DNA from: Squalus acanthias
Lineage: Eukaryota
DNA length: 64,000 bases
Direction of reading: 5' to 3'
Assembly: GCA_030390025.1 (NCBI GenBank)
Contig: CM059432.1
Span: 123,940,001 to 124,004,000 of the forward strand
In this document: positions 39,992 through 52,900 of the stretch, piece after piece
Numbering within the stretch: position 1 is the stretch's first letter
Layout: every line of letters begins with the position of its first letter
Notes under the pieces: model-generated
The model's input: only the letters and a program-made list of their open reading frames with translations
The model's database searches: none
What the model was told of the DNA's origin: nothing
Translations under genes and position numbers: made by a program

Positions 39992-41849
39992 CTATAAAGC
40001 TTCACTCTTCCTTTTTCTGCCACTTCTACATGGTGCATCCCCTGTGGTTTGAGCAGAGGTAGAGGCAGGCTGCTCAGATCCCTGCTCTGACTGCTGAGAT
40101 GCTCTTGGCCTATGAACTCTGGGTTTTGGGGCCCGTGAGGGCCCCGCCAAAGACTGCTCCACCTGCACCTGTGCAGGGGCAGACTCGGCCATCGGGAGAC
40201 GAGGCAGAATGTGGGCTTCAGACTGAGAGGTGGGCTGTGGGTGAGAAGTGGAAGTGCTTTGAGTGGAGTCCCCAATTCCATGACCCATTTCGCCATCATC
40301 CCTCTCATAGACCAGCTACCATTGTGCTGGAGAACACTTTGGTGCAGATCAGTGTGGCCCTGTAAGGCCAAGACTAAGGTGTCTGTCATCCTATTTAAGG
40401 TGGCAGACATGTTGGCATCCAGAGTCTGCATGATGGTGGTCAAGGCGTACATGGACTCATTTGATTGGAGCGTTTGATGTTGCACAGCGCTATCCACTCT
40501 ATCCATGGAAGAGCACATCATCTCAATGGCCTGCGACAACAACCCACTCATGCTTGAGGCGGACTCCTCCATTCTCTCTGCAATCGTGGTGAGTCCACTT
40601 TGAAGGCCTGTCACTGCATTACACATTGTCTGCTGTTGCTCAGTGATTCTCCTTTTCATCGACGGCCCCCGGGATGCAGCATCTGTGTCCAACTGAGCAG
40701 AGCTTGGAGAGGGCTGCATCCTCTGACGTGGATTCTCCACTGCTGTTCCTGTCTCCACCTCACTTGTGAAGTGTGAGTCACCAGGTGAAAACCCAACTAT
40801 CTGCCTTACTGGTCCCACCGAAGTGCGAGTATCTGAGCTGGAGCATGGTCTGCATGAGTCCTGTGACAGTGCACCCTCAGAAGGACTCAGCTCCTCTGAG
40901 GATTCGTCGAAGGCCACCTCCACCGACTTCTGCTGCACGAGTGAAGGCCCTGTCAGAGATAAAAGACATGAATTAGTCCTGGCAAGGTAAGAAAATGTTG
41001 CAAGTTATCATTATGAAGATGATCATATTGCACTCGCTGTTGAAACCAAGTCAACATGACTGAGTGCCGTATGACATGTGGGTGGCTTTTATTTAATTAT
41101 GTCACCAGGTAGCTGAGAGCTCCCCATCTCCCCATCTCCGATGACCAGGGATGCTGAAACTCCACTGATCGCCAATGTCTCCTCCTCTGCGCTTGTCAGT
41201 TGCAAGATGTTTGGGGAACCACCTCCAGTTCTCTCCCTCTCCCTGGTGTTCTGTGCTCTCTTCTCCTGCAACGAGGGAAAGAACAGACTTCTGAGTGAAT
41301 GCAATGGCATGTGTTCAGCTGATGGATGGAGTGCATTTGTTAGGGTGACTATGAGGGAGAGGCATGACATCGCATAAGGATGAGGGTGAGTGGATGAATA
41401 GATGGGGATGTGAGTAAGTGACAAAAAGAGGAGTTTGGGTGTGCGAGCAAGGTAAGTGGGTGTGAGGAGTGATGTGATGGAGTAGGCTTGAGAAGGCAGA
41501 GTGAGGTGGTGGGGTGATGCACACAGCAGGATGTAGGTGACTGTGCAACTGTACTCACCTTGCCTGACCTGGTTAGGTCATTAAAGCCCTTCCTACACTG
41601 CATCCAGGAGCATGGCGCCACGCTCCTGAGACTGACCCCCTCTGCAATCTCCAATCACACCTCCTTTGTTTCAGCTGCAGGCTTCTTCCTCCTGCTGCTA
41701 GGGAACAGTATCTCTCTCCGACTCCTCACAGCCCCCAGCAGCACATCAAGGGAGGCGTCAGTGAAGCGGGGCACAGTCTTTGCGCTTCTGGAGTCTATTG
41801 TGACACTTCCAATTCTCTTCCTGCCAACTCCAACTCCTTCAACTTGCAA
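39992..41849 (-). pseudogene. Harbinger Myb/SANT-like gene, 3 exons (~41849-41559, 41265-41106, 40949-39992)
   Basis: PRFTDASLDVLL...W...QCRKGFNDLTRSGK|GTGAGT; TGCAG|EKRAQNTRERERTGGG; ACAG| then a low-complexity coiled-coil exon. Confidence 0.8.
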
Positions 41850-42276
41850 CTTTGGATTGTCCCTTTAAATACTGGAGTTGAGAGTGTGTCATGCGGGTCC
41901 ATATCATGCCCACTGCCACTGATTGGACAGGAAATCCAGAAGTAAAATGCTAATGAGGTGGCTGCGTTAAAAAGCCACTGTCAGACGCGCTGAATTTACT
42001 TCCGGGTTTCCCCCACCAATCCCAGCACGTCTTCCAATTAATATCGGGATCATAAAATCTGCCTTGGTCCATCTCTCCTCCCCTCAAAAATTTTCCTAAT
42101 GACTATCCTGATCTATAGATCCATTTTTCTGATTACACCATTGTAAAATGTTGTGATGTATAATTGTATTGTGCATCATGTTTTGTAGGGCCTAATGTAT
42201 TTCGTGCTTAACATAATGTTGTTATTTAAAGCTGACTGTGAACTGCAACAACAAGTGTTGGTACACTTTGTACTGT

Positions 42277-42440
42277 CAGACAAGAATCCACAAAACTGGT
42301 AACCCTATTGACAAGAATCCAGAGAACAAGTAACACAATTGAAAACAGTCCACGGAACTGTAACCCTATTGACAAGAATCCACAGAACAAGTAACACTAT
42401 TGAAAGCAGTCCACGGAACTGGTAATCCTATTGTCAAGAT
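42277..42440. repeat. ~30-bp tandem repeat with ~61-bp higher-order unit
   Basis: GACAAGAATCCACAGAACAAGTAACACTATT alternates with GAAAGCAGTCCACGGAACTGGTAACCCTATT; about 5.5 units. Confidence 0.85.
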
Positions 42441-42654
42441 CTATTCCTGGAGGTTTCATTCCATGATGTCCCACCTCCAACCGCCCTGCCCTGCCCAGCC
42501 AAACAGCCTCTTTTCCCATCTCCAATATTTTTAAAACTAATAAACAGAAATGTTCAAAGAAAATGAAAAAATACACCTTTTTATCACTGCCCCTATGATT
42601 TTTCTCCTGGATTACTTGTTGGCAACCCTAAATCAGCATTGCCGAATATTTTTA

Positions 42655-44876
42655 ATTCTTCGTTCTCAGGATGTGGGCATCAATAGCAAGGCCAGCATTT
42701 ATTGTCCATCCTTTGTTGCCCTAACACAATGAATACAACTGAATCACTTACTAGGTCACTTCTGAGGACAGCTAAGAGTCAACCATGTTGGTGTGGGACT
42801 GCAGTCACATATGACCAGACCGGGTAAGAAGGGTAGGTTTCCTTCATTAGTGAACCAGATAGGTTTTTATGATAATTCTTAATGAGACGTTTATGGTCTC
42901 TTTGAACTTTGATTTAAGAACATAAGAACATAAGAATTAGGAGCAGGAGTAGGCCATATGGCCCCTCGAGCCTGCTCCGCCATTCAATAAGATCATAGCT
43001 GATCTTCGACCTCAACTCTACTTTCCCACCCAATCTCCATATCCCTTGATTCCCCTAGAGTCCAAGAATCTATCTACCTCAGCCTTGATTCAACTATTCA
43101 GCAGCAACAGCCCTTTGGGGTCGAGAATGCCAAAGATTCACAACCCTCTGAGTGAAGAAATTTCTCCTCATCTCAGTCTTAAATGGCCGACCCCTTATCC
43201 TGAGACTATGCCCCCTAGTTCTAGACTCTCCAGCCAGGGAAACAACCTCTCAGCGTCTACCCTGTCAATCCCCCTCAGTATGTTGTATGTTTCAATGAGA
43301 TCACCTCTCATTCTTCTAAACTCCAGAGAGTATAGGCCCAATCTACTCAATCTCTCCTCATAGGACAACCCTCTCATTCCAGGAATCAATCTATTGAACC
43401 TTCATTGCACTAAGGCAAGTATATCCTTCCTCAGATAAGCAGACCAAAACTGTGCGTAGTATTCCAGGTGTGGTCTTACAAAAGCCCTGTACAATTGCAA
43501 CAAGACTTCCTTACTCTTGTACTCCAACCCCCTTGCAATAAAGGCCAACGTGCCATTTGTCTTCCTAATTGCTTGCTGTACCTGCATGCTAGCTTTCTGC
43601 GTTTCCTCTACGAGAACACCTAAATCTCTCTGAACACTAACATTTAATGTTTCTCACCATTTAAAAAATATTCCGTTTTTCTATTCTTCCTACCATAGTG
43701 AATAACCTCACATTTCCCCACATTATATTCCAGCTACCACCTTATTGCCCACCCACTATACCTGTCTATATCCCTTTGCAGGCTTTTTGTGTCCTCCTCA
43801 CAGTTTACTTTCCCAGCTAGCTTTGTATCATCAGCAAACTTGGATACATTACACGCAGTCCCTTCATCTAAGTCATTCATATAGATTGTAAATAGCTGAG
43901 GCCCAAGCACTGATCCTTGCGGCACACCACTAGTTACAGCCTGTCAACCTGAAAAAATCCATTTATTCCTACTCTCTGTTTTCTTTCTGTTAACCAATCC
44001 TCTATCCATGCTAATATATGACCCCCAACCCCATGAGCCCTTATTTTGTGTAATAACCTTTTATGTGGCACCTTATCGAATGCCTTTTGGAAATCCAAAT
44101 ATACTACATCCATGGAAATTTGTCAAACACGATTTTCCTTTCATAAAACCATGTTGACTCTGCCTAATCATGTTATGATTTTCTAAATGCCCTGTTACCA
44201 TTTCCTTAATAATGGATTCCAGCATTTTCCCAATAACTGATGTCAGGCTAACTGGCCTGTAGTTCCCTGTTTTCTCTCTCCCTCCTTTTTGAATAGCGGT
44301 GTTACATTTGTTACCTTCCAATCTGCTGGGACCGTTCTAGAATCTAGGGAATTTTGGAAGATCACAACCAATGCATCCACTATCTCTGCAGCCACCTCTT
44401 TTAGAACCCTAGGATGTAGGTCATCAGGTCCAGGGGATTTGTTGGCTTTTAATCCCATTAGTTTCTCAGGTACTTTTTCTCTACTGATATTAATTACTTT
44501 AAGTTCCTTACTCTCATTAGCCCCTTTGTTCCCCACTATTTTTGGTATGCTTTTTGTGTCTTCTACTGTGAAAACAGATATAAAATATTTGTTTAAAGTC
44601 TCTGCCATTTCTTTATTCTCCATTATAATTTCTCCTGTCTCAGCCTCTAAGGGACCAACTCTTGCTTTTGCTACTCTCTTCCTTTTTACATACTTGTAGA
44701 AGCTCTTACAATCTGCTTTTATATTTCTTGCTAGTTTACTTTCATATTCTATTTTCTCCCTTTTTATCAATTTTTTGTTCATCCTTTGCTGATTTCTAAA
44801 ATTTGAACTCATGTTCCCTGGATTATTAGTCCAGGCCTCTGGATTACTAGTCTAGCAACATAACCGCTACACTACT
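42655..44876 (-). mobile_element. tRNA-derived SINE sharing head and tail with the single-ORF LINE, split by a CR1
   Basis: Head 44802-44876 has A box TAGTGTAGCGG and B box GAGTTCAAA. Body and tail 42655-42915 match the LINE leader up to CAGTTGTA and then the LINE's last ~65 nt. Confidence 0.85.
42916..44801 (-). mobile_element. 5'-truncated CR1 inserted in the SINE
   Basis: ORFs 44243-44812, 44073-44321, 43734-43925 (SKFADDTKL), 43402-43587 and 43195-43389; tail repeat. Confidence 0.93.
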
Positions 44877-46296
44877 ATACCCTCAAGTGTCACAATGCAT
44901 CTGATAACATTCAGCCTATATTTCAGGGTGTATTAAAGTCTCAGAACAGTGCATGGCTGGCAGAAGAGAATGAAAATCTGGTGGCTCAGTGGTTGCGCAC
45001 CAGCATCAGAAAATGTCTGCCAGCAGCAAGGTAAGTCTAGAAGTGGGGGGGGGGTGGGGAGGCGCGGGGGGTGTTCTGAGGCTCTTGTGACTAGAGGGAG
45101 GAGGAGCCTGGGGCAGCAGAGGCCTGAACTTTGTGGGGCCCGGAGGAGCGCTTCTGCTCATCAGTGGGTTAAACTCCCATCTATTGATGAGGCTCTCGGC
45201 AGATTCCAGCAGGAGCCTCATCCACTGCCAAAAACAGCGACATTTAAAATCACAGATTGGCGTGAATGAAGTGGGAAATGGAGTCACTGCATTTTAACTG
45301 CTCATGCACGCTACTTTAGAATCACCCTGAACGCACTGGTAAGTTGACTAATGGAGAAAAATTTACAGAAACATACAGACCACCTGAGGCACAATGTTGA
45401 CAGTGCACTGCATGCCTGGCCTCATACAGATCAGAAACCTGATCCACGGACTCATTTGCAAACCTCTGATTTACGTGACTAGCATTTTAATCATGCTCGA
45501 CTTGTTTTAGTATTACCATCAGACCAAGTCTTGATAAAATATCCTTCGTTAGTGTATTAGCAGCCACTTAACTCTTAAAGGAAATAAAACAAACTGGGAA
45601 ATGGGAGGATATTTAAGGGAAGCCATATGCAGATGAAGAGCTGTATGGTCCAAGGATAAATTGTCTGGGATTAGTTGAGCAGTGATTTATAGAAGTCACA
45701 GCCATAATTTTCAACTTGTTCTGATGCTTAACTATAATTATTGCTGATACACTATCATTGGATGACTTTACATACCACCCACAAAGCATGAAGCAGTGAA
45801 TCCAAATGTCAGGCCTTAGTGACTTATTGATAATTGAATCTAATGCCCACAAATTCACAGGACCTGATAATGATTGGCGAACTTTTTGATTATATGTTAT
45901 TTAAAACTTAAGGATATAAAATTGTGAGTAAGAGTTTAATTTGCATTGAGGCCGAATGTTCCATGTACCAGGTTTCTGTGTTGCTCTAGCAAATTAAGTA
46001 TCCTTCCTAGATTAATTTTAAATGACTATATAATTATTGTCCAGCCAAAAAGAAAACTGTAAAGTGTTGAAACTATTTTTGTATTTGTGCTTATCAAGGT
46101 ATAAATAACGAGATGAGAGCACAGTCATAATTAAAAAGCATTTGAAAATAAAACAAAATACTACATTTAAAGCAATTTATCCTTTTGTTTCTTAAAGCTT
46201 TTGAAATTGGAACCACCAAAGTAATCAATGATTCCCCTCATGAAATAACTTCTAGAGTCATCATCTGGACCCTAAGTTTTGATTACCATCTTTCTT

Positions 46297-47330
46297 CATA
46301 AGAACATAAGAATTGGAGCAGGAGTAGGCCATACAGTCCCTCGAGCCTGCTCCGCCACTCAATAAGATCATGGCTAATCTTCGACCTCAACTCCACTTTC
46401 CTGCCCGATCTCCATATCCTTTCATTCCCCTAGAGTCCAAAAATCTATCGATCTCAGCCTTGAATATACTCAACGATTCAGTAGCCACAGCCCTCTGGAG
46501 TAGAGAATTCCAAAGATTCACAACCCTCTGAGTGAAGAAATTTCTCCTCATCTCAGTCCTAAATGGCCGACCCCTTATTCTGAGACTGTGACCCCTAGTT
46601 TTAGACTCCCCAGCCAGTGGAAACATCTACCCAGTCAAGCCCCTTAAGAATTTTATATATTTCAATGAGATCACCGCTCATTCTTCTAAACTCTAGGGAA
46701 TATAGGCCTTTAATATAGGAATATTCTAGTAAATCTATGTTGCACTCCCTCTAAGGCAAGTATATCCTTCCTTATGTCAGGAGACCAAAACTGTACAGGT
46801 GTGGTCTCATCAAGGTCCTATATAATTGTAGTAAAATTTCTTTACTCTTAAACTCTAATCTCTTTGTAATAAAGGCTAACATACCATTTGCTTTCCTAAT
46901 TGCTTGCTCTACCTGCATGTAACTTTCTGTGATTTGTGTGCAAGGACATCAGGTCCCTCTGAACACCAACATTTAATTGTCTCTCACCATTTAAAAAATA
47001 TTTTGCTTTTCTATTTTTCCTACCAAAGTGGATAACTTCAAACTTCTCCACATTATATTCCATCTGCCACGTCCTTGCCCAATCACTTAACCTGTCTAAA
47101 TCCCTTTGTAGCCTCCTTGTGTCTTCCTCGCAGCTTACTTTCCCACCTAACTTTGTATTGTCAGTAAACTTAGATACATTACACTCAGTCCCTTCATCTA
47201 ATTCATTCATATAGATTGTAAATAGCTGAGGCCCAAGCACTGATCCTTGCGGTACCCCACTAGTTACAGCCTGCCAACCCAAAAATGATCTGTTTATTCC
47301 TGCTCTCTGTTTTCTGTCCATTAATCAATC
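46297..47330 (-). mobile_element. 5'-truncated CR1
   Basis: ORFs 46896-47321 and 46387-46626; tail repeat. Confidence 0.92.
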
Positions 47331-47707
47331 ACTTTCAATATAAGGCAAACTAGAATTATTAATCTATGCTTGCCATCCTAGTGTGCTTCTGACTTGAGCA
47401 GCTGACACCATCCTATCCCATATTATCTTTCTTATTTGACATCTCCCACTTCGTCCTTCATTTAGGTTAGCTTTATCACCAGCCTCTTCTCTGAACCTGA
47501 TTTCTCCAATTGTATCCTGGTGTCTCCTTCTCTGGTCTTATCCTTTTCCATTTTACTTCTGCTTTGGTCTCAGCCTCTACATGTCCTCCTTCCAGGCCAT
47601 GATTGCTCTACAAACTATCACTGCTTTGCTATTCTCAACCTCTCCTGTTCTATCCTCGGTATGTTCCATTTTCTATAGGGTTAGATAGGGCTGATAGGGC
47701 TAGATCA

Positions 47708-48258
47708 TCATAGAATCATAGAAATTTATGGCACAGAAGGAGGCCATTCGACCCATCTTGTCCGTGCCGGCCGACAACGAGCTATCCAGCCTAATCCCAC
47801 TTTCCAGCTCTTGGTCTGTACCCTTGTAGGTTACGGCACTTCATGTGCATATCCAAGTACTTTTTAAATGTGATGAGGGTTTCTGCCTGTACCACCCTTT
47901 CAGGCAGTGAGTTCCAGACCCCCACCACCCTCTGGGTGAAAAAACTTCTCCTCAAATCCCCTCTAAACCTCCTACCAATTACTTTAAATCTATGGCCCCC
48001 TGGTTATTGACCCCTCTGCTGAGAGAAATAGTTCCTTCCTATCCACGCTATCTAGGCCCCTCATAATTTTATACACCTCAATCAAGTCTCCCCTCAGCCT
48101 CCTCTGTTCCAAAGAAAACAACCCCAGCCTATCCAATCTTTCCTCATAGCTAAAATTCCTCAGCCCTGGCAACATCCTCGTAAATCTCCTCTGCACCCTC
48201 TCCAGTGCAATCACATCCTTCCTGTAATGTGGTGACCAGAACTGCACGCAGTATTCTA
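47708..48258 (-). mobile_element. CR1 3' fragment, followed by a short plus-strand CR1 tail to ~48365
   Basis: LEYCVQFWSPHYRKD...LGLFSLEQRRLRGDL; (CATAGAAT)n tail. Confidence 0.88.
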
Positions 48259-48524
48259 GCTGAAGTAGGGTGGGAGGAAGCTGCTTGTGCGGAGCATAAA
48301 CACCAGCATGGACCAGTTGGGCCAAATGGCCTGTTTCTGTGCTGTACACTCTATGTCATTCTATGTAAAGCAATTGGGACTTCTTACGAGATAAGGGTTA
48401 CAAACATGACTACCAATATCTGTCCCTGTAACCCTACCCAGCATGCACTGTGCATGAGGTAATTGATTCAGCAGTTTCTTAATTTCTGCTCTGTCTGCAC
48501 AATAGGACAAAATATGGGAGGTGA

Positions 48525-48600
48525 ATTTTTTTTTATTCATTCATGGGATGTGGGCATTGCTGGCAAGGCCAGCATTTATTGCACACCCCTAATTGCCCTT
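48525..48600 (-). mobile_element. 3' tail of the tRNA-headed LINE/SINE family
   Basis: Reverse complement of GGCAATTAGGG...AATAAATGCTGGCCTTGCCAGC...CACATCCCATGAATGAATAAAAAAA. Confidence 0.85.
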
Positions 48601-49929
48601 CAATTGCCATTAATTACCATCAATGTATTTTTCATATTTCCTTGAAAGTCGTAAATGCTATAAGCTTGAGTCGATAATGCTTATTAAATTTAGCTTATTG
48701 CGCTAAATTTACATAGCCTAAATCAATTACTTAGAACATAGACTTTCTCTCTAAACCACATATCAAAGATTTCAAACAAATGCTTAGAAATGAGAACAAA
48801 ACAAATACCCCTTTATTCATTGCTAACTCAGAGTCAGTGTTGACTTTAGACTTTCTGGAGCAGTGGTTAAGAGCCCAAACCAACAGAGGGGGTTGTTGGG
48901 CTGGGGAGATGTTTGGGGTGTGTTCCATCCTTCTAGGATTCCATTGGTCAGCGGCAGAAATCAAAAGTAAAGTTACCGTGCATTAGCATAGCAGTCAGCG
49001 CACGTGGCCTAATCCAGTACGACAGCGGAATGGTAGTCTGTCATGTTATATAAAAAAAACAAGTTTTCAGTCTTGCATCAGCCCTAACTTACTGCATGAA
49101 CTAACTTGAACACATCACTCTGTCAGACAAGACCCTTGGTGCACAAGCAGAATCCACAGTACCATCATGATTTATCTGATAATGTCACTTTTTGTTGTCA
49201 ATTCCCCTCTATTGCATCTCTCTACATGCAATGTTCATGTGTATATAAACACTTTATTATCATTTTCTTGTCACTGTAGTCAGATACAAGTATCCAGAGT
49301 TCCATCAACGTAGGTCATGGAAACCTCACACTAAGGAGCAGTAGCAGTCACTTGACATTCTGCAGCAATCTTATTACCAGATTTCATCTTGAATGATACT
49401 TTCTGGAAAATTACATTTTGAGCGAAGCCCTTCGTGTTCATTGTGCCTTTTTTTTCTACTTCCTACTGACAAACTGAAATAGGATTCTGCTGGAGTCAGC
49501 ATTACTTTGAATTGATTTGTGGTTACTTGAACTGGCAAATACATATTCGCAAGGTTGTATTCGAATTCAAGAAGAACTATTAAGAGTAAAATGCGAGTAC
49601 AGCTTAGCATAATTAAAGACAACTTTAATTTTCCGCAATTGGCAGGTCACGGGTGGCTCTGCAGGACTCAAAGTCCTACACACCCTTTAGTGTCCTTGGG
49701 GGCTAAATTGGATAGCCCCAAAAACGGGCGCAGGGATCGCGGTGCGCAGTTACCCTGCGCCCATTCGATGTAATGCAGGCAGCACGGCATCTTCGTGCTG
49801 CCTGCTCATTATCATTATTTCTGCGTGCAGCTATGCTGATTGGCTGCACGCATCAGCAGGGGGCCCAAACTTGCTAGCAGGTGCTGGGAGTCCTCTTTGA
49901 GCTGAATCTGACCTGGGAAAGACAGAAGA

Positions 49930-52900
49930 ATGGCTGAATATGGGAGAGCTCGGGCACCCAGATTTTCCAACGCTGCACTGGAGGTCTTGGTGGAGGAGGT
50001 GGAAAGGAGGAGAGATGTCCTGTATCTGCAAGGGGGCCAGGAGGCCCTGCAGGCACACGGTGAAAAGGCAGTGGAAGCAGATAGTCGTGGAGGTCAATGC
50101 CAGGAGTCTAGACCAAGAAGTACCACAAGAAGCTGAATGATCTCACACGAGGGGTCAAGGTTAGTGAATGCATCTTCAAATGGCATATTCTACCAACTGC
50201 AACACTAGCCTCAACCACTGCTCAAATCACCACACCCCCCTCACTCACCTACCAACAATCTCTATCAATCTGGACTCACACCTAACATGCATATGCTTCA
50301 CCTCACCTTCACGCACTTAGCACTGTTGCAAGCCTCACACCCACATCTCACAGCATGCACACACTGCCAGCTATTCAACTATTACAGCCACATAACCAAA
50401 AAAGTTTTACACGACACTCGCTGACACACTTCCCTAACTCTTACAGGAGAAGGTGGCACACAGCCGAAGGCAGCAGGAACTAACAGGAGGGGGAGAGGCG
50501 CGCCTGCATGCTCTAACCCCCATGGAGGAGATGGTGCAGGTCATTATCAGAAGGGCATTGCAGAGGCCGTGGTCAGCGGCAGGGCTGGAACCATTGAAGA
50601 TAACGATATCCTAATACCTAATCCTCCTTCTCACATGGTAATCCAGAGGCCTAGACAAACGATCTAGAGACATGAGTTCAATTCCCACCACGGCAGCTGG
50701 GGAAATTAAATTCAGTTAATTGAATAAATCTGGAATAAAAAGGTAATATCATTAACGGTGACCATGAAACTACCGGATTGTCGTAAAAACCCATCTGGTT
50801 CACTAATCTCCTCTAGGAAAGGAAATCTGCCGTCCTTACCTGGTCTGGCCTATATGTGACTCCAGACCCACAGCGATGTGGTTGACACTTAACTACCCTC
50901 TGAAATGGCCTAGCAAGCCACTCAGTTGTATCAAACCGCTACGAGAGCAATAACAAGAATAATAAGAACCACCTGGCAACGACCAAGGCACCAGATTCAG
51001 ACACGACAAAAGCACACCCAGCTCAGTTGACCCTGCAAAGTCCTCCTCACTAACTTCTGGGGACTTGTGCCAAAATTGGGAGAGCTGTCTCAGAGCAACA
51101 GCCTGACATAGCCATACTCACAGAATCATACCTTTCACCCAATGTCCCAAACTCCTCCATCACCATCCCTGGGTATGTCCTGTCCAACCGGCAGGACAGA
51201 CCCACCAGGGGTGGCGGCACAGTGGTATACAGTCGGGAAGGAGTGGCCCTGGGAGTCCTCAACATTGACTCAGGACCCCATGAAGTCTCATGGCTTCAGG
51301 TCAAACATGGGCAAGGAAACCTCCTGCTGATTACCACCTACCACCCTCCCTCAGCTGATGACTCAGTACTCCTCCATGTTGAACACCACTTGGAAGAAGC
51401 ACTGAGGGTAGCAAGGGCACAGAATTTACATTGGGTGGGGGACTTCAATGTCCAATGATCAAGCGTGGCTTGGTAGGAACAAAAATAACCGAGCTGGCCA
51501 AGCCCTGAAGGACATAGCTGCCAGTATGGGCCTGCAACAGGTGCTGGGAGAACCGACACGAGGGAAAAACCTACTTGACCTCGTCCTCAGCAATCTACCT
51601 GTTGTAGATGCATCTGTCCATGACAGTATTGGTGGCAGTGACCACTGCATAGTCCTTGTGGAGATGGAGTCCCGTCTTCACACTGAGGACACTCTCCATC
51701 GTATTGTGTGGCACTACCACCGTGCTAAATGGGATAGATTCAGAAGAGATCTAGCAGCTCAAAACTGGGCATCCATGAGGCGCTGTGGGCCATCAGCAGC
51801 AGCAAAATTGTATCCCACCACAATCTGTAACCTCATGGCCTGGCGTATTCCTCACTCTACCATTACCATCAAGCCAGGGGACCAAGCCTGGTTCAATGAG
51901 TTGTGTAGAAGAGCATGCCAGGAGCAGCACCTAAAAATGAGGTGCCAACCTGGGGAAGCTGCAACACAGGACTATATGCTAAACACTGGAAGCAGCATGC
52001 TCTAGACAGAGCTAAGCAATCCCACAACAGAGCTAAGCGATCCCACAACCAATGCATCAGATCAAAGCTCTGAAGTCCTGCCATATCCAGTCGTGAATGG
52101 TGGTGGACCATTAAACAACTAATGGGGGGAGGAGGAGGCTCCATGAATATCCTCATCCTCCATGATGGTGAAGCCCAGCACGTGAGTGCAAAAGACAATG
52201 CTGAAGCGTTTGCAACCATCTTCAGCCAGAAGTGCCGAGTGGTTGATCCATATTGGCCTACTCCTGAGGTCCTCACCATCACAGAAGCCAGTCTTCAGCC
52301 AATTCGATTCACTCCACGTGATATCAAGAAACGGCTGAGCACACTGGATACAGCAAAGCCTATGGGCCCCGACAACATCCCAGCTGTCATGCTGAAGACT
52401 TGTGCTCCAGAACTAGCCGCACCTCTAGCCAAGCTGTTCCAGTACAGCTACAACACTGGCATCTATCCGACAATGTAGAAACCTGCTCAGGTATGTCCTG
52501 TCCACAAAAAGCAGCACAAATCCAATCCGGCCAATTACCACCCCATCAGTCTACTCTCAATCATCAGCAAAGTGACGAAAGGTGTCGTCGACAGTGCTAT
52601 CAAGCAGCACTTCCTCACCAGTAACCTTCTCACCGATGCTCAGTTTGGGTTCTGCCAGGACCACTCAGCTGCAGGCCTCATTACAGCCTTGGTCCAAACA
52701 TGGACAAAGGAGCTGAATTCCAGAGATGAGGTGAAAGTGACTGCCCTTGACATCAAGGCAGCATTTGACTGAGTGTGGCATCAAGGAGCCCTAGTAAAAT
52801 TGAAGTCATTGGGAATCAGGGGGGGAAACTCTCCACTGGCTGGAGTCTTACCTAGCACAAAGGAAGATGTTTCTGGTTGTTGTAGGTCAATCATCACAGC

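Larger units (their letters stand above)
38029..42051. mobile_element. Decayed autonomous-type PIF/Harbinger transposon 1
   Basis: Convergent transposase (+) and Myb/SANT-like gene (-). Ends approximate because TIRs are degenerate. Confidence 0.85.

Noticed and set aside
42277..42440. CRISPR-like array
   Set aside because: No unique spacers; a simple tandem repeat in eukaryotic DNA.
44802..44876. Genuine tRNA gene, or an amber suppressor for the LINE's UAG
   Set aside because: The anticodon arm is duplicated, there is no complete cloverleaf, it continues into a SINE body, and the loop anticodons read AGT/AAT rather than CTA.
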